Source: an uncultured Verrucomicrobiae bacterium (GTDB taxonomy: Bacteria; Verrucomicrobiota; Verrucomicrobiia; Chthoniobacterales; UBA10450). Taken from it: a stretch of 64,000 nucleotides of DNA. This document shows, in pieces, positions 12,192 to 21,792 of this stretch. Position 1 is the first letter of the stretch, and each line of letters opens with the position of its first letter. The stretch is taken from assembly GCA_963801815.1 (NCBI GenBank), contig CAWDGJ010000003.1, positions 881,355 to 945,354 of the forward strand. Reading direction: 5' to 3'. The translations under genes and the position numbers were made by a program. The notes beneath the pieces were generated by a model. It saw only the letters and a list, made by a program, of their open reading frames with translations. It was not told the DNA's origin and did no database searches.

Positions 12192-12692
12192 ATGTCGGAG
12201 CTAAAACACCTCTCGAAGGAAGCGATTCCCGCGGCGTTGGAAAAAGCGGAGCGTTATCGCCTACTCAACGAGCCGGGCGAGGCCGAAAGCATCTGCCTCG
12301 ACATTCTGAAAGCGGATCCAGAGAACCAACAGGCTATTATCGCGCTGCTGCTCGCGCTGACCGATCGATTCGAGAAGGGATACGCCGTCAGCGATACGCA
12401 GACCAAGGAGCTTCTTGCGCGAATGAAATCGGAATATGATCGCGCTTATTATACCGGAATCGTTGCCGAGCGGCGCGGCAAAACAAAACTTCGACAACAC
12501 ACGCCAGACTGCCGCTTCCAGGCTTACGATCTTTTTCGAGAGGCGATGACTTGGTTTGAAAAAGCGGAGGCCATTCGTCCACCCGGCCATGATGACGCAC
12601 TCCTGCGCTGGAACACCTGTGCTCGAATCATTGCCAGAAACAATCTCGTCGCTCGCGAACCGGAAGAGAGAATCGAGTTCCCGCTGGAGTAA
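12192..12692 (+). CDS. Hypothetical helical (TPR-like) protein after the sdh genes
   Basis: 166-aa ORF co-oriented in the operon; amphipathic helical pattern. Confidence 0.75.
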   Translation: MSELKHLSKEAIPAALEKAERYRLLNEPGEAESICLDILKADPENQQAIIALLLALTDRFEKGYAVSDTQTKELLARMKSEYDRAYYTGIVAERRGKTKLRQHTPDCRFQAYDLFREAMTWFEKAEAIRPPGHDDALLRWNTCARIIARNNLVAREPEERIEFPLE

Positions 12693-12737
12693 CCCGCCGC
12701 TTGCGCGGCGTGCAGTTGTCGTTCCTATTCCTCATTC

Positions 12738-13508
12738 ATGGGGGATTTGCGACTGGGAGTTAACATCGATCACGTGGCCACGTTGCGGCAAACCCGCTAC
12801 GCCGGAATGCCGGATTCGAAGAATGCCGAGCCCGACATCATTGTGGCGGCGGCGATTTGCGAACGCGCAGGTGCAAACGGGATCGTCGCCCATTTGCGCA
12901 CCGATCGCCGGCACATGCAGGATCGCGACATCGAACGGCTACGCGAAAACATCATGACCAAGCTGAATCTGGAAATGGGAAACACACCAGAGATTGTCGA
13001 TGTCGCGTTGAAAATTGTCCCTGACGAAGTCTGTCTGGTGCCGGAAAAGCGCGAGGAAGTCACCACCGAAGGCGGCCTTGATGTCGTCACCCTGGGCAAG
13101 GAACTGGAAGCGACGATCAAGCGCTTACAGACTGCAGGTGTGCGGGTCAGCCTCTTTGTCGATCCAACGCTCGAACAAGTCGATGCTGCCCATGCGCTCG
13201 GTGTTGAAATGGTCGAATTGCACACCGGGAAACTGGCGAATGCTTTTTCGGAGAAAATCGAGAAACAGGAATTGGAAAACTTACAGGCTGCAGCCAAAGC
13301 GGCATCCGAGTTAAAAATGCAGGTAAACGCGGGCCACGGCATTAATTACACAAACATTGCCCTGATTCACAAAATTCCACATTTAAGCGAACTGAACATC
13401 GGTCACTCGATCATTTCGCGGGCGATGTTCGTCGGGCTCGAGAACGCGGTAAGAGAGATGCTCGGGGCCATGGAAGATTACAAAAGCGGCACTGCGCCTC
13501 GCACATGA
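12738..13508 (+). CDS. pdxJ: Pyridoxine 5'-phosphate synthase
   Basis: LGVNIDHVATLRQ, HLRTDRRH, TTEGGLDV, ELHTG, ELNIGHSII. Confidence 0.98.
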   Translation: MGDLRLGVNIDHVATLRQTRYAGMPDSKNAEPDIIVAAAICERAGANGIVAHLRTDRRHMQDRDIERLRENIMTKLNLEMGNTPEIVDVALKIVPDEVCLVPEKREEVTTEGGLDVVTLGKELEATIKRLQTAGVRVSLFVDPTLEQVDAAHALGVEMVELHTGKLANAFSEKIEKQELENLQAAAKAASELKMQVNAGHGINYTNIALIHKIPHLSELNIGHSIISRAMFVGLENAVREMLGAMEDYKSGTAPRT

Positions 13509-13885
13509 GCGTGATTGGTATCGGCGTGGACCTGGTGGAGTGCACGCGCATTCAACATTCGCTCGATCGGTTCGGCGAAAAATTTCTGCGGCGCGTTTTT
13601 ACCGACGGGGAAATCGAATACTCGATGTCGATGAAATTCCCGGCGCGTCATCTGGCCGCTCGATTTGCGGCTAAGGAGGCGGTTTCAAAAGCATTTGGCA
13701 CTGGGATTGGAAAGGCGATGGGCTGGCGCAACATCGACATCCGCAAAAAGAAAAGTGGCGAACCCTTTTTGGTTTTCTCCGGACCGGCCCAGGAACTCGC
13801 GGTTAGGCGCGGCGTCGCTTCGGCGTTAATCACGCTCAGTCACACCGACCATCACGCAATGGCTTGCGTGGTGCTCGAGGCTTGA
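13505..13885 (+). CDS. acpS: Holo-ACP synthase
   Basis: GIGVDLV, LAARFAAKEAVSKAFGTG, ITLSH; canonical pdxJ-acpS pair. Confidence 0.97.
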   Translation: MSVIGIGVDLVECTRIQHSLDRFGEKFLRRVFTDGEIEYSMSMKFPARHLAARFAAKEAVSKAFGTGIGKAMGWRNIDIRKKKSGEPFLVFSGPAQELAVRRGVASALITLSHTDHHAMACVVLEA

Positions 13886-13892
13886 AAAATAT

Positions 13893-14468
13893 TCACGGCG
13901 CCATCCCTTTCGCTCGCGCAAGTTGTTCCCGGACGGCAGGCAACTTATCGCTGTTGGGAAAGTGGCGAATGAACTCTTCGCAAATCGGAATTGCGCGGGC
14001 TGGATTGTTCAAAGTTTCGGTGAAGAGACTGATTTGATTGAACAAGCTGTTTTCGTGCAGCGGGTTTAGTCGTTGCGCCGTCTCATATTGCGTCAGCGCC
14101 TGTTGCGGTTGTCCGGAAAATCGAAACGCGTTCCCGAGGTCGGTGTGAACGTCGGCATTGTCCAGGCCGCTAGCGATCGCTTCCTGGTATCGGCTTATCG
14201 CTTCCGGCCAGCGCTGATGATCGTAGGCAAAATTGCCGAGCACCACAGCCGCTTCGCCTGCCGGCATTCCGGAGACGTCGGGTGTCGCGTTTGCCATAGC
14301 GGGCGGAGATGGTGCAAACGTCGGACGAACTTGTGGGCTCGAACGCTGCGACGTGAACATCCAGGTGAGGCCTGCGCCCATGGCAGCCGAGACGATCACG
14401 GTCAAAACGTAATTCCACAAAGCTTGTCGCCGACCGGCCGCATTCTTATTCGCGTTGGGTGAAGCCAT
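13893..14468 (-). CDS. Membrane-anchored TPR protein
   Basis: N-terminal TM helix, then TPR motifs (LGNFAYD...YQEAI; LGNAFRFSG...ALTQYETA). Confidence 0.85.
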   Translation of the reverse strand: MASPNANKNAAGRRQALWNYVLTVIVSAAMGAGLTWMFTSQRSSPQVRPTFAPSPPAMANATPDVSGMPAGEAAVVLGNFAYDHQRWPEAISRYQEAIASGLDNADVHTDLGNAFRFSGQPQQALTQYETAQRLNPLHENSLFNQISLFTETLNNPARAIPICEEFIRHFPNSDKLPAVREQLARAKGMAP

Positions 14469-14512
14469 GAATCAGTTCGCTATGATAAATCCGTTGTTCG
14501 ATGCAACCAGAG

Positions 14513-14543
14513 AAAAACCCTCGTCGGATTTCTCCGACGAGGG
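14513..14543 (-). terminator. Rho-independent terminator after the Cys-rich mini-gene
   Basis: 11-bp perfect stem CCCTCGTCGGA/TCCGACGAGGG, 4-nt loop, followed by TTTTT on the minus strand. Confidence 0.85.
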
Positions 14544-14567
14544 CCTGATTTTCTACACAGTGAGTTG

Positions 14568-14696
14568 CTATTTCTTGCAGCAACCCATGCTACAGCATTG
14601 TTTGCCTTTGCAACATGTCTCTTTCGTCGGCGCGGTTGCTGCCGTCGCCGTTCCGATCAACACTGCCAGGCCAACAATCAAAAGAAGATGTTTCAT
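14568..14696 (-). CDS. 42-aa secreted Cys-rich mini-protein (not in the ORF track)
   Basis: MKHLLLIVGLAVLIGTATAATAPTKETCCKGKQCCSMGCCKK; SD TAGGAG just upstream, Sec-type signal peptide, own terminator. Confidence 0.85.
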   Translation of the reverse strand: MKHLLLIVGLAVLIGTATAATAPTKETCCKGKQCCSMGCCKK

Positions 14697-14761
14697 AATT
14701 CTCCTACTTTGATTTTACGATGAATCCGGCTGCGTGACCTGAATCACGTGCCGGCCGTGCC

Positions 14762-15100
14762 TTAGGAGAACGCGCCGCGCGGTGGCGGCACCGGCGGACG
14801 CTGAAAGCGGGCGCTTACACGATCGTTTACGGACGCTGTGAAACTATTCCTGCTCATTCCGGCGACAAAATCGTCCGAGCTATTCGCATAACCAACAAAG
14901 CACGGGGCTTGGACGGAACAACAGGTCGAATTCGAACTCGTTTGATTGGAACTCAACGGACAACGCTGGCACGGGTCGAGTTTCACACGCGCGCAACAAT
15001 TCGAATGCGGGGACAAAGCTTTGGTCACTTCAATCGGCGCCATCGGGGCGACCAGCACTCCCAGCACCAAAGTGAGCGAGAGCAGAGTCCTGCTGAGCAT
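14762..15100 (-). CDS. DUF2946/CutF-like Cys- and Pro-rich leader protein
   Basis: From ATG 15100: hydrophobic N-terminus, NCC, CQRC, TCC, C-terminal RFQRPPVPPPRGAFS. Confidence 0.7.
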   Translation of the reverse strand: MLSRTLLSLTLVLGVLVAPMAPIEVTKALSPHSNCCARVKLDPCQRCPLSSNQTSSNSTCCSVQAPCFVGYANSSDDFVAGMSRNSFTASVNDRVSARFQRPPVPPPRGAFS

Positions 15101-15235
15101 CAACTGAAAATTAGCACAAAAGCAGGGTCCGTCGAGGCGCCATCGCGACTTGCACCGACAAGAAACGCACAAACTTGAACAAGAACCGCCGAGTTACAGC
15201 CTGCTAAAGGCCGAAGATATGCGCGAGGAAGATCG

Positions 15236-16669
15236 ATGAACAACGGAAGCGGACCGTGGCCTGCGAAACATAACTGGCGCTACATTGAGCGTGAAGCGCC
15301 GCCAAAACGCGACGCGCCGGAACGGGTCTGCGATTTCGACGAAATTTACAATCTCTACGACGAAGCAACGGTGCGCGCGCAGGCAAGCCGCTGCATTAAT
15401 TGCCCCGATCCGCCGTGTGTGCATGAAGGCTGTCCTCTTCAGAACAGAATTCCGGAATGGCTCGCACTCACGGCGGACGGACGTTTTCTCGAAGCAGCGG
15501 CGTTGTCTCGCTCGACCAGCAACATGCCTGAAATCTGCAGTCGGGTTTGTCCGCAAGATCGATTGTGCGAAGGCGCCTGCATTCTCAACGCCCGCTCGGA
15601 GCCGGTGTCGATCGGCGCGATTGAAAAGTTTATCAACGAATACGCATTTGCGCATGATGCGGTCAACGGGACTGTCGCCCCTCCAAACGGATTAGAGGTA
15701 GCAGTTGTCGGAAGCGGGCCAGGTGGAATCGCGTGCGCCGACCAATTGGCGAAGCTCGGCTATGCAGTCACGGTCTTCGAGGCACAGAACCGGGCCGGCG
15801 GCTTGCTCGTGAACGGAATTCCGTCGTTCAAACTGGAAAAATCGATTGTCGATCGTCGGCTCGATCTTCTAAAGCGTCACGGCGTCACATTTCGACAGCG
15901 CGTTAGGATTGGCCGCGACATTTCGCTGTCGATTTTGCGCGAGCAATTTGACGCAGTTTATCTCGCCATTGGCGCCCAAAAGCCAAAGGAGCTCGAGATT
16001 CCCGGTGCGGAGTTGGACGGCGTCTTTCATGCGCTGCCGTTTTTGATTCAAAAGAACCTTGATGAGCGTTCTGGGCCGCAGATTGAAATCAAAGGAAAGC
16101 GAGTCGCGGTGTTGGGCGGCGGCGATACGGCGATGGATTGTTTGCGCACGGCGATCCGGTGCGGTGCGCGCGAGGCAGTTTGCATTTATCGCCGCGATTT
16201 CGAAAACATGCCGGGAAGTCGCAAGGAATATTTCAACGCGATCGAAGAAGGCGCGCAGTTCATGTTTCTCACGAATCCAGTCTCTTTGTTCGGTAACGAA
16301 AATGGACGTGTGACAGCCGCACGTTGCGTGCGAATGGAATTAGGCGAACCGGACGCGAAAGGCCGTCGAAAGCCGCGGCCTGTTCTGAATTCGGAATTCG
16401 ATGCCCCGGTTGACGTTGTTCTGATCGCATTCGGCTTCGATCCGGTGCCCATCTTCGCCGCCGGCAATTCCGACAGGATTGAGGTGAATAGATGGGGTGG
16501 AGTGGTTGTTGATCAAAATCAAATGACCAGCGTGCCCGGCATTTTCGCTGGCGGCGATTTGGTGCGCGGTCCGGATTTGGTCGTGCGCGCCGTGGCCGAC
16601 AGCCGCAAAGCCGCGGCCGGCATTCACAGATATCTAACGGCGAGCAAGCCTCCTCGGAGGGAGTTTTAG
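15236..16669 (+). CDS. GltD/SudA-like NAD(P)-dependent Fe-S flavo-oxidoreductase
   Basis: RCINCPDPPC...GCP, CSRVCPQDRLCEGAC, GSGPGG, GGGDTAMD, FAGGD; no gltB adjacent. Confidence 0.9.
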   Translation: MNNGSGPWPAKHNWRYIEREAPPKRDAPERVCDFDEIYNLYDEATVRAQASRCINCPDPPCVHEGCPLQNRIPEWLALTADGRFLEAAALSRSTSNMPEICSRVCPQDRLCEGACILNARSEPVSIGAIEKFINEYAFAHDAVNGTVAPPNGLEVAVVGSGPGGIACADQLAKLGYAVTVFEAQNRAGGLLVNGIPSFKLEKSIVDRRLDLLKRHGVTFRQRVRIGRDISLSILREQFDAVYLAIGAQKPKELEIPGAELDGVFHALPFLIQKNLDERSGPQIEIKGKRVAVLGGGDTAMDCLRTAIRCGAREAVCIYRRDFENMPGSRKEYFNAIEEGAQFMFLTNPVSLFGNENGRVTAARCVRMELGEPDAKGRRKPRPVLNSEFDAPVDVVLIAFGFDPVPIFAAGNSDRIEVNRWGGVVVDQNQMTSVPGIFAGGDLVRGPDLVVRAVADSRKAAAGIHRYLTASKPPRREF

Positions 16670-16687
16670 CGCCGAAGACTGAGCTTA

Positions 16688-16849
16688 CTAGCAACCGCAA
16701 TCTTTTCCGCAGTTGCATTCCTTTTTGTCGTTCATCGGGCAATTCTTGCGAGTTTTCTTGCAACTTTGTTTGTCCGCTGCAAACGAAGTCGTGCAAATCA
16801 TGACCGCGAGGATCGACATTAGGATCGTAGTCGTCGTTTTCATCTGCAT
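16688..16849 (-). CDS. 51-53-aa secreted Cys-rich mini-protein (not in the ORF track)
   Basis: MQMKTTTTILMSILAVMICTTSFA-ADKQSCKKTRKNCPMNDKKECNCGKDCGC; signal peptide with SFA^A cleavage site; six Cys in the mature part. Confidence 0.8.
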   Translation of the reverse strand: MQMKTTTTILMSILAVMICTTSFAADKQSCKKTRKNCPMNDKKECNCGKDCGC

Positions 16850-16906
16850 TGATTCTGTCTAGGATTTAACGTCGATGCGACCAAAAAGTTCCGCCATGGT
16901 TTCAAG

Positions 16907-18019
16907 ATGAACAACTCACTCGTGGTTGGTGATTCGTGGCTTTGGATGGGCATCTATCACGGCGCCGCCATGTTTTGGGAGACACTTTGGGCGCTAGTGC
17001 TTGGCTTTGGAATCTCGGCCGCGCTGCAGGTTTTTGTGAGCAAGGAACGAATGACACGATTGCTCGGCCGCGCCGGTTTAAGGGAGATCTTGTTCGCAAC
17101 CGGTTTCGGCGCTGCTAGCTCGTCCTGTTCCTACGCGGCGGCGTCCATTGGACGGAGTGCCTTTCAAAAAGGCGCGGCGCTGATTCCGGCGCTCGCGTTC
17201 ATGTTCGCTTCCACGAATCTCGTCGTCGAACTAGGCGCAGTGCTCTGGCTGCTCATGGGCTGGCGATTTGTCCTTGCCGAATTCATCGGTGCGTTCGTCT
17301 TGATCGGTGTGATGTGGCTGCTGATGTCGCTGTTCTTTCCGAAAAACCTCGAAACCGAGATGCGTGAACACGTTGGCGATGAGGATGACGGAGACAATTG
17401 TTGCCATCACGAACCTGAGCATGAACACGATCACGACACCCGAAGGTCATGGGCGCGACTGGCGAACGCGTTTTGGATGGATTGGTTGATGCTTTGGAAG
17501 GAACTCGTTGCCGGATTCCTGATCGCTGGATTTCTGGCCGCGTTGGTTCCAACCGATTGGTGGAAATTTCTTTTCATCGAAACTGGCAGTCCCGTGTTGC
17601 GTTTGATCGAGAATGCAGCGGTCGGTCCAATCATTGCCATCCTTTCGTTTGTCTGCTCGGTAGGAAATATTCCATTGGCCAGCTTGCTGTGGGCGAATGG
17701 CATCAGTTTCGGCGGCGTGATCTCATTCATTTACGCCGACCTTCTCGTGATTCCGCTTATTCTGATTTACCGGAAATATTTTGGCGGGCGCGCTACCGCT
17801 TACATCGTGCTCATTTTCTACACCTCGATGGTGGCCGCAGGAGTGATTGTCGATCTTATCTTCGCTGGGTTGAATCTGATTCCGCAAGGCGAACGCCCAT
17901 CCAGTCCGATCGAGCACGCGACCTTCAGTTGGAATTACACGACCTGGCTCGACTTTATCGCAATCGCAGTAGCGGCATGCCTTTTGTTCCTGAAAATGCG
18001 CGACAGGCGTCACTCCTGA
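16907..18019 (+). CDS. Permease, DUF318/ArsP-like, with His-rich loop
   Basis: Multi-TM; SSSCSY and FVCSVGNIP motifs; loop DNCCHHEPEHEHDHD. Confidence 0.85.
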   Translation: MNNSLVVGDSWLWMGIYHGAAMFWETLWALVLGFGISAALQVFVSKERMTRLLGRAGLREILFATGFGAASSSCSYAAASIGRSAFQKGAALIPALAFMFASTNLVVELGAVLWLLMGWRFVLAEFIGAFVLIGVMWLLMSLFFPKNLETEMREHVGDEDDGDNCCHHEPEHEHDHDTRRSWARLANAFWMDWLMLWKELVAGFLIAGFLAALVPTDWWKFLFIETGSPVLRLIENAAVGPIIAILSFVCSVGNIPLASLLWANGISFGGVISFIYADLLVIPLILIYRKYFGGRATAYIVLIFYTSMVAAGVIVDLIFAGLNLIPQGERPSSPIEHATFSWNYTTWLDFIAIAVAACLLFLKMRDRRHS

Positions 18020-18100
18020 TCACGCGAAATCAATTTTGGCTTTGCAATTGATGCCCGAAACCGAAAATCTCTTTTCAATTAATCCACCCAACATCGTCTT

Positions 18101-18850
18101 ATGATGGCACGGATCATTTTTGCAACTGTCGTCACATCGTCCGCCGCGTCGTTTGCGCTCGGGATAACTTACAGCCGTCCGAGGCAATCGCCCACGCCTA
18201 CACCAACTCCGGTGCAAGCGCAGTCGCCGATTCCATCACAGAGATCGACAGTCGCGCCGAGAGCAACGCCGACGCCAATCCCGCCACGATACGCTCCGGC
18301 GCAGCGACAAATTCAGGCGAGACAAGCCGCACTACCGCAACAACAACAAAGAATGATGCCGTCGCCGACGCCAATGACTCCGGGGAGATACGCTCCGACA
18401 CAGCCGCAAGTTCAGGCGAGGCAGTCGCCAACTCCACAACAGCGGACGGCACAGATGCAAAACCAGTTGCGAATCCAGGCACAGAGAACAACGACGTCAG
18501 TTCCGAAACCCACAGCTGTGCCGCTGCAGCCGAGAATGATGCCGACACCAGCGCCGGTCCCGGTGAAGCCAACCCCGACTCCCGTACCACCGCCAGATGT
18601 CAGAGTCTATCTCGACCATCAAATAGCGAGTTCCAAAGATCAGAAGTTTCACATGAACGTGAACGGGAAGGATCTTGCGCTTACGCCGTTCCACGTTTGG
18701 CCACAAAAGAGTATCGGGTTCAACACCACTTCGACGTCCATCTCTATGAGAAGCGATGAAGGTAAGGTTTACGACATCGAATTCGTAACGACAGGTCCTC
18801 AGGTGACCGGTATCAGGATTCAAAGAATCAACGGCGAGTCTGCGAGATAG
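18101..18850 (+). CDS. Secreted Pro/Gln/Thr-rich protein with a C-terminal domain
   Basis: Signal peptide, long PTPTP/Q-rich linker, ~80-aa C-terminal domain shared with the next gene. Confidence 0.8.
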   Translation: MMARIIFATVVTSSAASFALGITYSRPRQSPTPTPTPVQAQSPIPSQRSTVAPRATPTPIPPRYAPAQRQIQARQAALPQQQQRMMPSPTPMTPGRYAPTQPQVQARQSPTPQQRTAQMQNQLRIQAQRTTTSVPKPTAVPLQPRMMPTPAPVPVKPTPTPVPPPDVRVYLDHQIASSKDQKFHMNVNGKDLALTPFHVWPQKSIGFNTTSTSISMRSDEGKVYDIEFVTTGPQVTGIRIQRINGESAR

Positions 18851-18912
18851 CGGTTTACTTGTCGCGATGACTCTCGTCCTGTAACGTGCTTCAGATCAAA
18901 TCGGAGGGAAAT

Positions 18913-19338
18913 ATGAACATTCGAATTCTTATCGCATTAGCCGCGGCGTTCCCCGTCGCTCCAATGGCTTTTGGCCAGATGTACGGCGGACAACAGATGC
19001 AGACTGCGACCCAGCCTGCGCAACAGACTACTAGCGGCTCGCAAAAAATGACCACAACGACGACGACGAGAACTGTGTTTCCAACTGGAGTGAAAGGATA
19101 TCTCGACAGCCAAATGGCGAGTTCCAAAGACCACAGGTTCCATATGAGCGTGAATGGAAAGGATCTCGCCCTGACTCCTGTTAGATTTCACGACGAGCAA
19201 AATCTTGGCGGGGGTAAGACTCAGATGGCGGTCGACCTGAAGGGTGTCGATGGCAAGAGCTACGAAATGAATTTCGTCACGTCCGGCGGGGTGGTAAGGG
19301 ACGGCAGGATTGTGAAGATTAATGGCAAAGCGCCGTAG
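18913..19338 (+). CDS. Secreted protein, paralogue of the preceding gene
   Basis: GGAGG SD, ATG 18913, signal peptide; YLDSQMASSKDHRFHMSVNGKDLALTP matches YLDHQIASSKDQKFHMNVNGKDLALTP. Confidence 0.8.
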   Translation: MNIRILIALAAAFPVAPMAFGQMYGGQQMQTATQPAQQTTSGSQKMTTTTTTRTVFPTGVKGYLDSQMASSKDHRFHMSVNGKDLALTPVRFHDEQNLGGGKTQMAVDLKGVDGKSYEMNFVTSGGVVRDGRIVKINGKAP

Positions 19339-19462
19339 ATTGTAGCGCGGGCAGCGCCGGTCTTCTGGCGATCTCTTGTTGTTGCGCCGGTCCAGGATCG
19401 CCTCCCGCTCTTTAGGGTGGAGTTTGCGACCCTTAGTGACTGCCGCTACAGATTAGCCCCGA

Positions 19463-21089
19463 ATGCCGAAGACGTTTTACATCACAACGGCGATTGATTA
19501 CACCAATTCGCCGCCGCACATCGGGCACGCTTACGAAAAAGTGCTGGCCGATGTCATCGCCCGTTATCATCGGCTCAAACGAGAAAAGGTTTTTTTCCTG
19601 ACCGGCGTTGATCAACACGGTCAGAAAGTCCAACAATCGGCTGCCAAAGCCGGCGTTGCGCCATCCGAGTTCGTCCAAGGCTTAACGCAAAAATTCAAGG
19701 ACCTCTGGAAAAAGCTCGACGTGAAATACGATGAGTGGGCGGAAACGATCTCGCCGCGTCACAAGAAAGTCGTGCAGGAAATGCTGCAACGATTGTTCGA
19801 CGAAGGCCAAATCTACAAAGACAAGCAGTCGGGCTATTACTCGGTTCGTCAGGAACAGTTTCTAACCGACAAGGAACGCGGGCCCGATGGCGAGTTTGGT
19901 CCGGAGTGGGGACAGGTTGAGTTTCGCGAGGAAGAAAATTATTACTTTAAACTGAACCAGCACAAAGACTGGCTGTTGCGTTACATCGATAATCGCAAAG
20001 ACGCTATTATCCCCGATTTTCGCCAGACCGAACTGCGAAACGCGATTGAACGAATTTCTGGCGACCTCTGCATCTCGCGACCGAAATCGCGGCTCGATTG
20101 GGGAATCGAGCTCCCGTTCGACAAAGAGTTCGTCACCTACGTCTGGTTCGATGCGTTAACAAATTATATCAGCTTCGTCGGCTACGATCCGAAGATCGAC
20201 AATTATGAAAAGCAGCCGCAAGAATTTCGTGACCGTTGGACGAAAGACACTCTCCAGATCATCGGCAAAGACATTCTTGTTCCGGCGCATGGAATTTACT
20301 GGCTCATCATGCTCCACGCTGTCGGCTTTCCAGACGATGCAATGCCGCAATTGTTAGTCCACGGCTGGTGGAACATGGGCGGCGCGAAGATGAGCAAGAT
20401 CGTTCGGCAATATTGTCGATCCAAACGCACTTGCCGATAAATACGGTGCCGAAGCTGTGCGCTATTACTTGATGAGCGACATCGCCACCGGCAAAGACGC
20501 CGATTTTTCCGAGGAACGACTGATTGAGCGCTACAATGCCGATCTCGCGAATTCGCTCGGCAATCTACTCAATCGGACGTTGAACATGATTCATCGATAC
20601 CGCGATGGGCGAATTAAAGTCAGTAAGCGACAACCATCTGAGGTTCGCCAGTATCATGTCTTGGTACGAAGAAAGAGACCGATTCGTTCGCGCAAGAGAT
20701 GGATGGCGGTGGCCAGAAATTTCCAAACATAGAGCCATTCCACGTTGAAAGCTCTCTTCGCTCGTGTTCCGCAATCGCTGTTCACTCGAATCGATTGATC
20801 GATGATTGCGCACCTTGGACGTTGGCGAAATCGAAGACGCAGCAAGATCAGTCCATTCTCGACGCGAGTTCTTTACGACTTAGCGGACTCAATTCGCATC
20901 ATCGCGATTTTGATTTCGCCGGTTTTGCCAAAAGCTGCGCACGGAATTTTTGATCAACTGAATTGGAAAATGGACTTGAGCGGAAAGGAAGAACGGTTTT
21001 CGCTCAAGGACGCCGAGTGGGGCGGCTTACCGGATGGACATGTTGTTGGCAAACCGGTTCCGTTATTTCCGAGGATTGAAATTGAATAA
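19463..21089 (+). CDS. metG: Methionine--tRNA ligase, at least three apparent frameshifts (~20400, ~20650-20700, ~20870)
   Basis: FYITTAIDY, HIGH, YVWFDAL, KMSK; continues in other frames as RYYL...LANSLGNLLNR, APWTLAK and VLYDLADSIRII...PLFPRIE. Confidence 0.93.
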
Positions 21090-21104
21090 CGCGCGATCAT
21101 CGTA

Positions 21105-21791
21105 ATGAAGATCGACATCCTGACATTGTTTCCAGAAATCTGTCGCGCGCCGCTCAGCGAAAGCATGATGAAGCGGGCGCAGGAAAATAAAATTGTCGAT
21201 CTTCAAATTCACAATCTGCGCGATTGGACGACCGACAAACATCACATCGTGGACGATGCGCCGTTCGGCGGCGGGCAGGGGATGGTGATGAAGCCGGAAC
21301 CAATTTTCAAGGCAGTGGAAGCCTTGAAAATAAATTCCAAATCCCAAGCTCCAAACCCCAAAGTGATCTTGATGTCACCGGCTGGGAAGCGACTCGATCA
21401 GAAACTCGCGACTGAACTCTCCAACGAATCGCATCTCATCATCGTTTGCGGCCATTACGAAGGCGTTGATCATCGCGTGATTGAACATCTCGTCGATCTT
21501 GAGATTTCGATTGGCGATTACGTTCTGACTAACGGTGCGATTGCCGCGGTCGTTTTGGTTGACGCAGTGGTGCGATTGTTACCGGGCGTTCTCGGCGACG
21601 AACAATCGGCCGCTGACGATTCGTTTAGCGCCGGATTACTGGAAACACCGCAATACACGCGGCCGGCTGAATTCCGGGACTGGAAGATTCCCGACGTTCT
21701 TCTTTCGGGAAATCATGCCGAGATCGCGAAGTGGCGAAAAGACCAGGCGCTCAAGCGCACCAAACACAACCGACCTGATCTGCTGCCTTGA
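21105..21791 (+). CDS. trmD: tRNA (guanine37-N1)-methyltransferase
   Basis: [45 protein letters not shown]. Confidence 0.98.
   Translation: MKIDILTLFPEICRAPLSESMMKRAQENKIVDLQIHNLRDWTTDKHHIVDDAPFGGGQGMVMKPEPIFKAVEALKINSKSQAPNPKVILMSPAGKRLDQKLATELSNESHLIIVCGHYEGVDHRVIEHLVDLEISIGDYVLTNGAIAAVVLVDAVVRLLPGVLGDEQSAADDSFSAGLLETPQYTRPAEFRDWKIPDVLLSGNHAEIAKWRKDQALKRTKHNRPDLLP
21332..21362 (+). repeat. Heptamer arm (AAATCCC family) read in frame within trmD
   Basis: AAATTCC AAATCCC AAGCTCC AAACCCC AAA, encoding [10 protein letters not shown]. Confidence 0.8.
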
Positions 21792-21792
21792 T

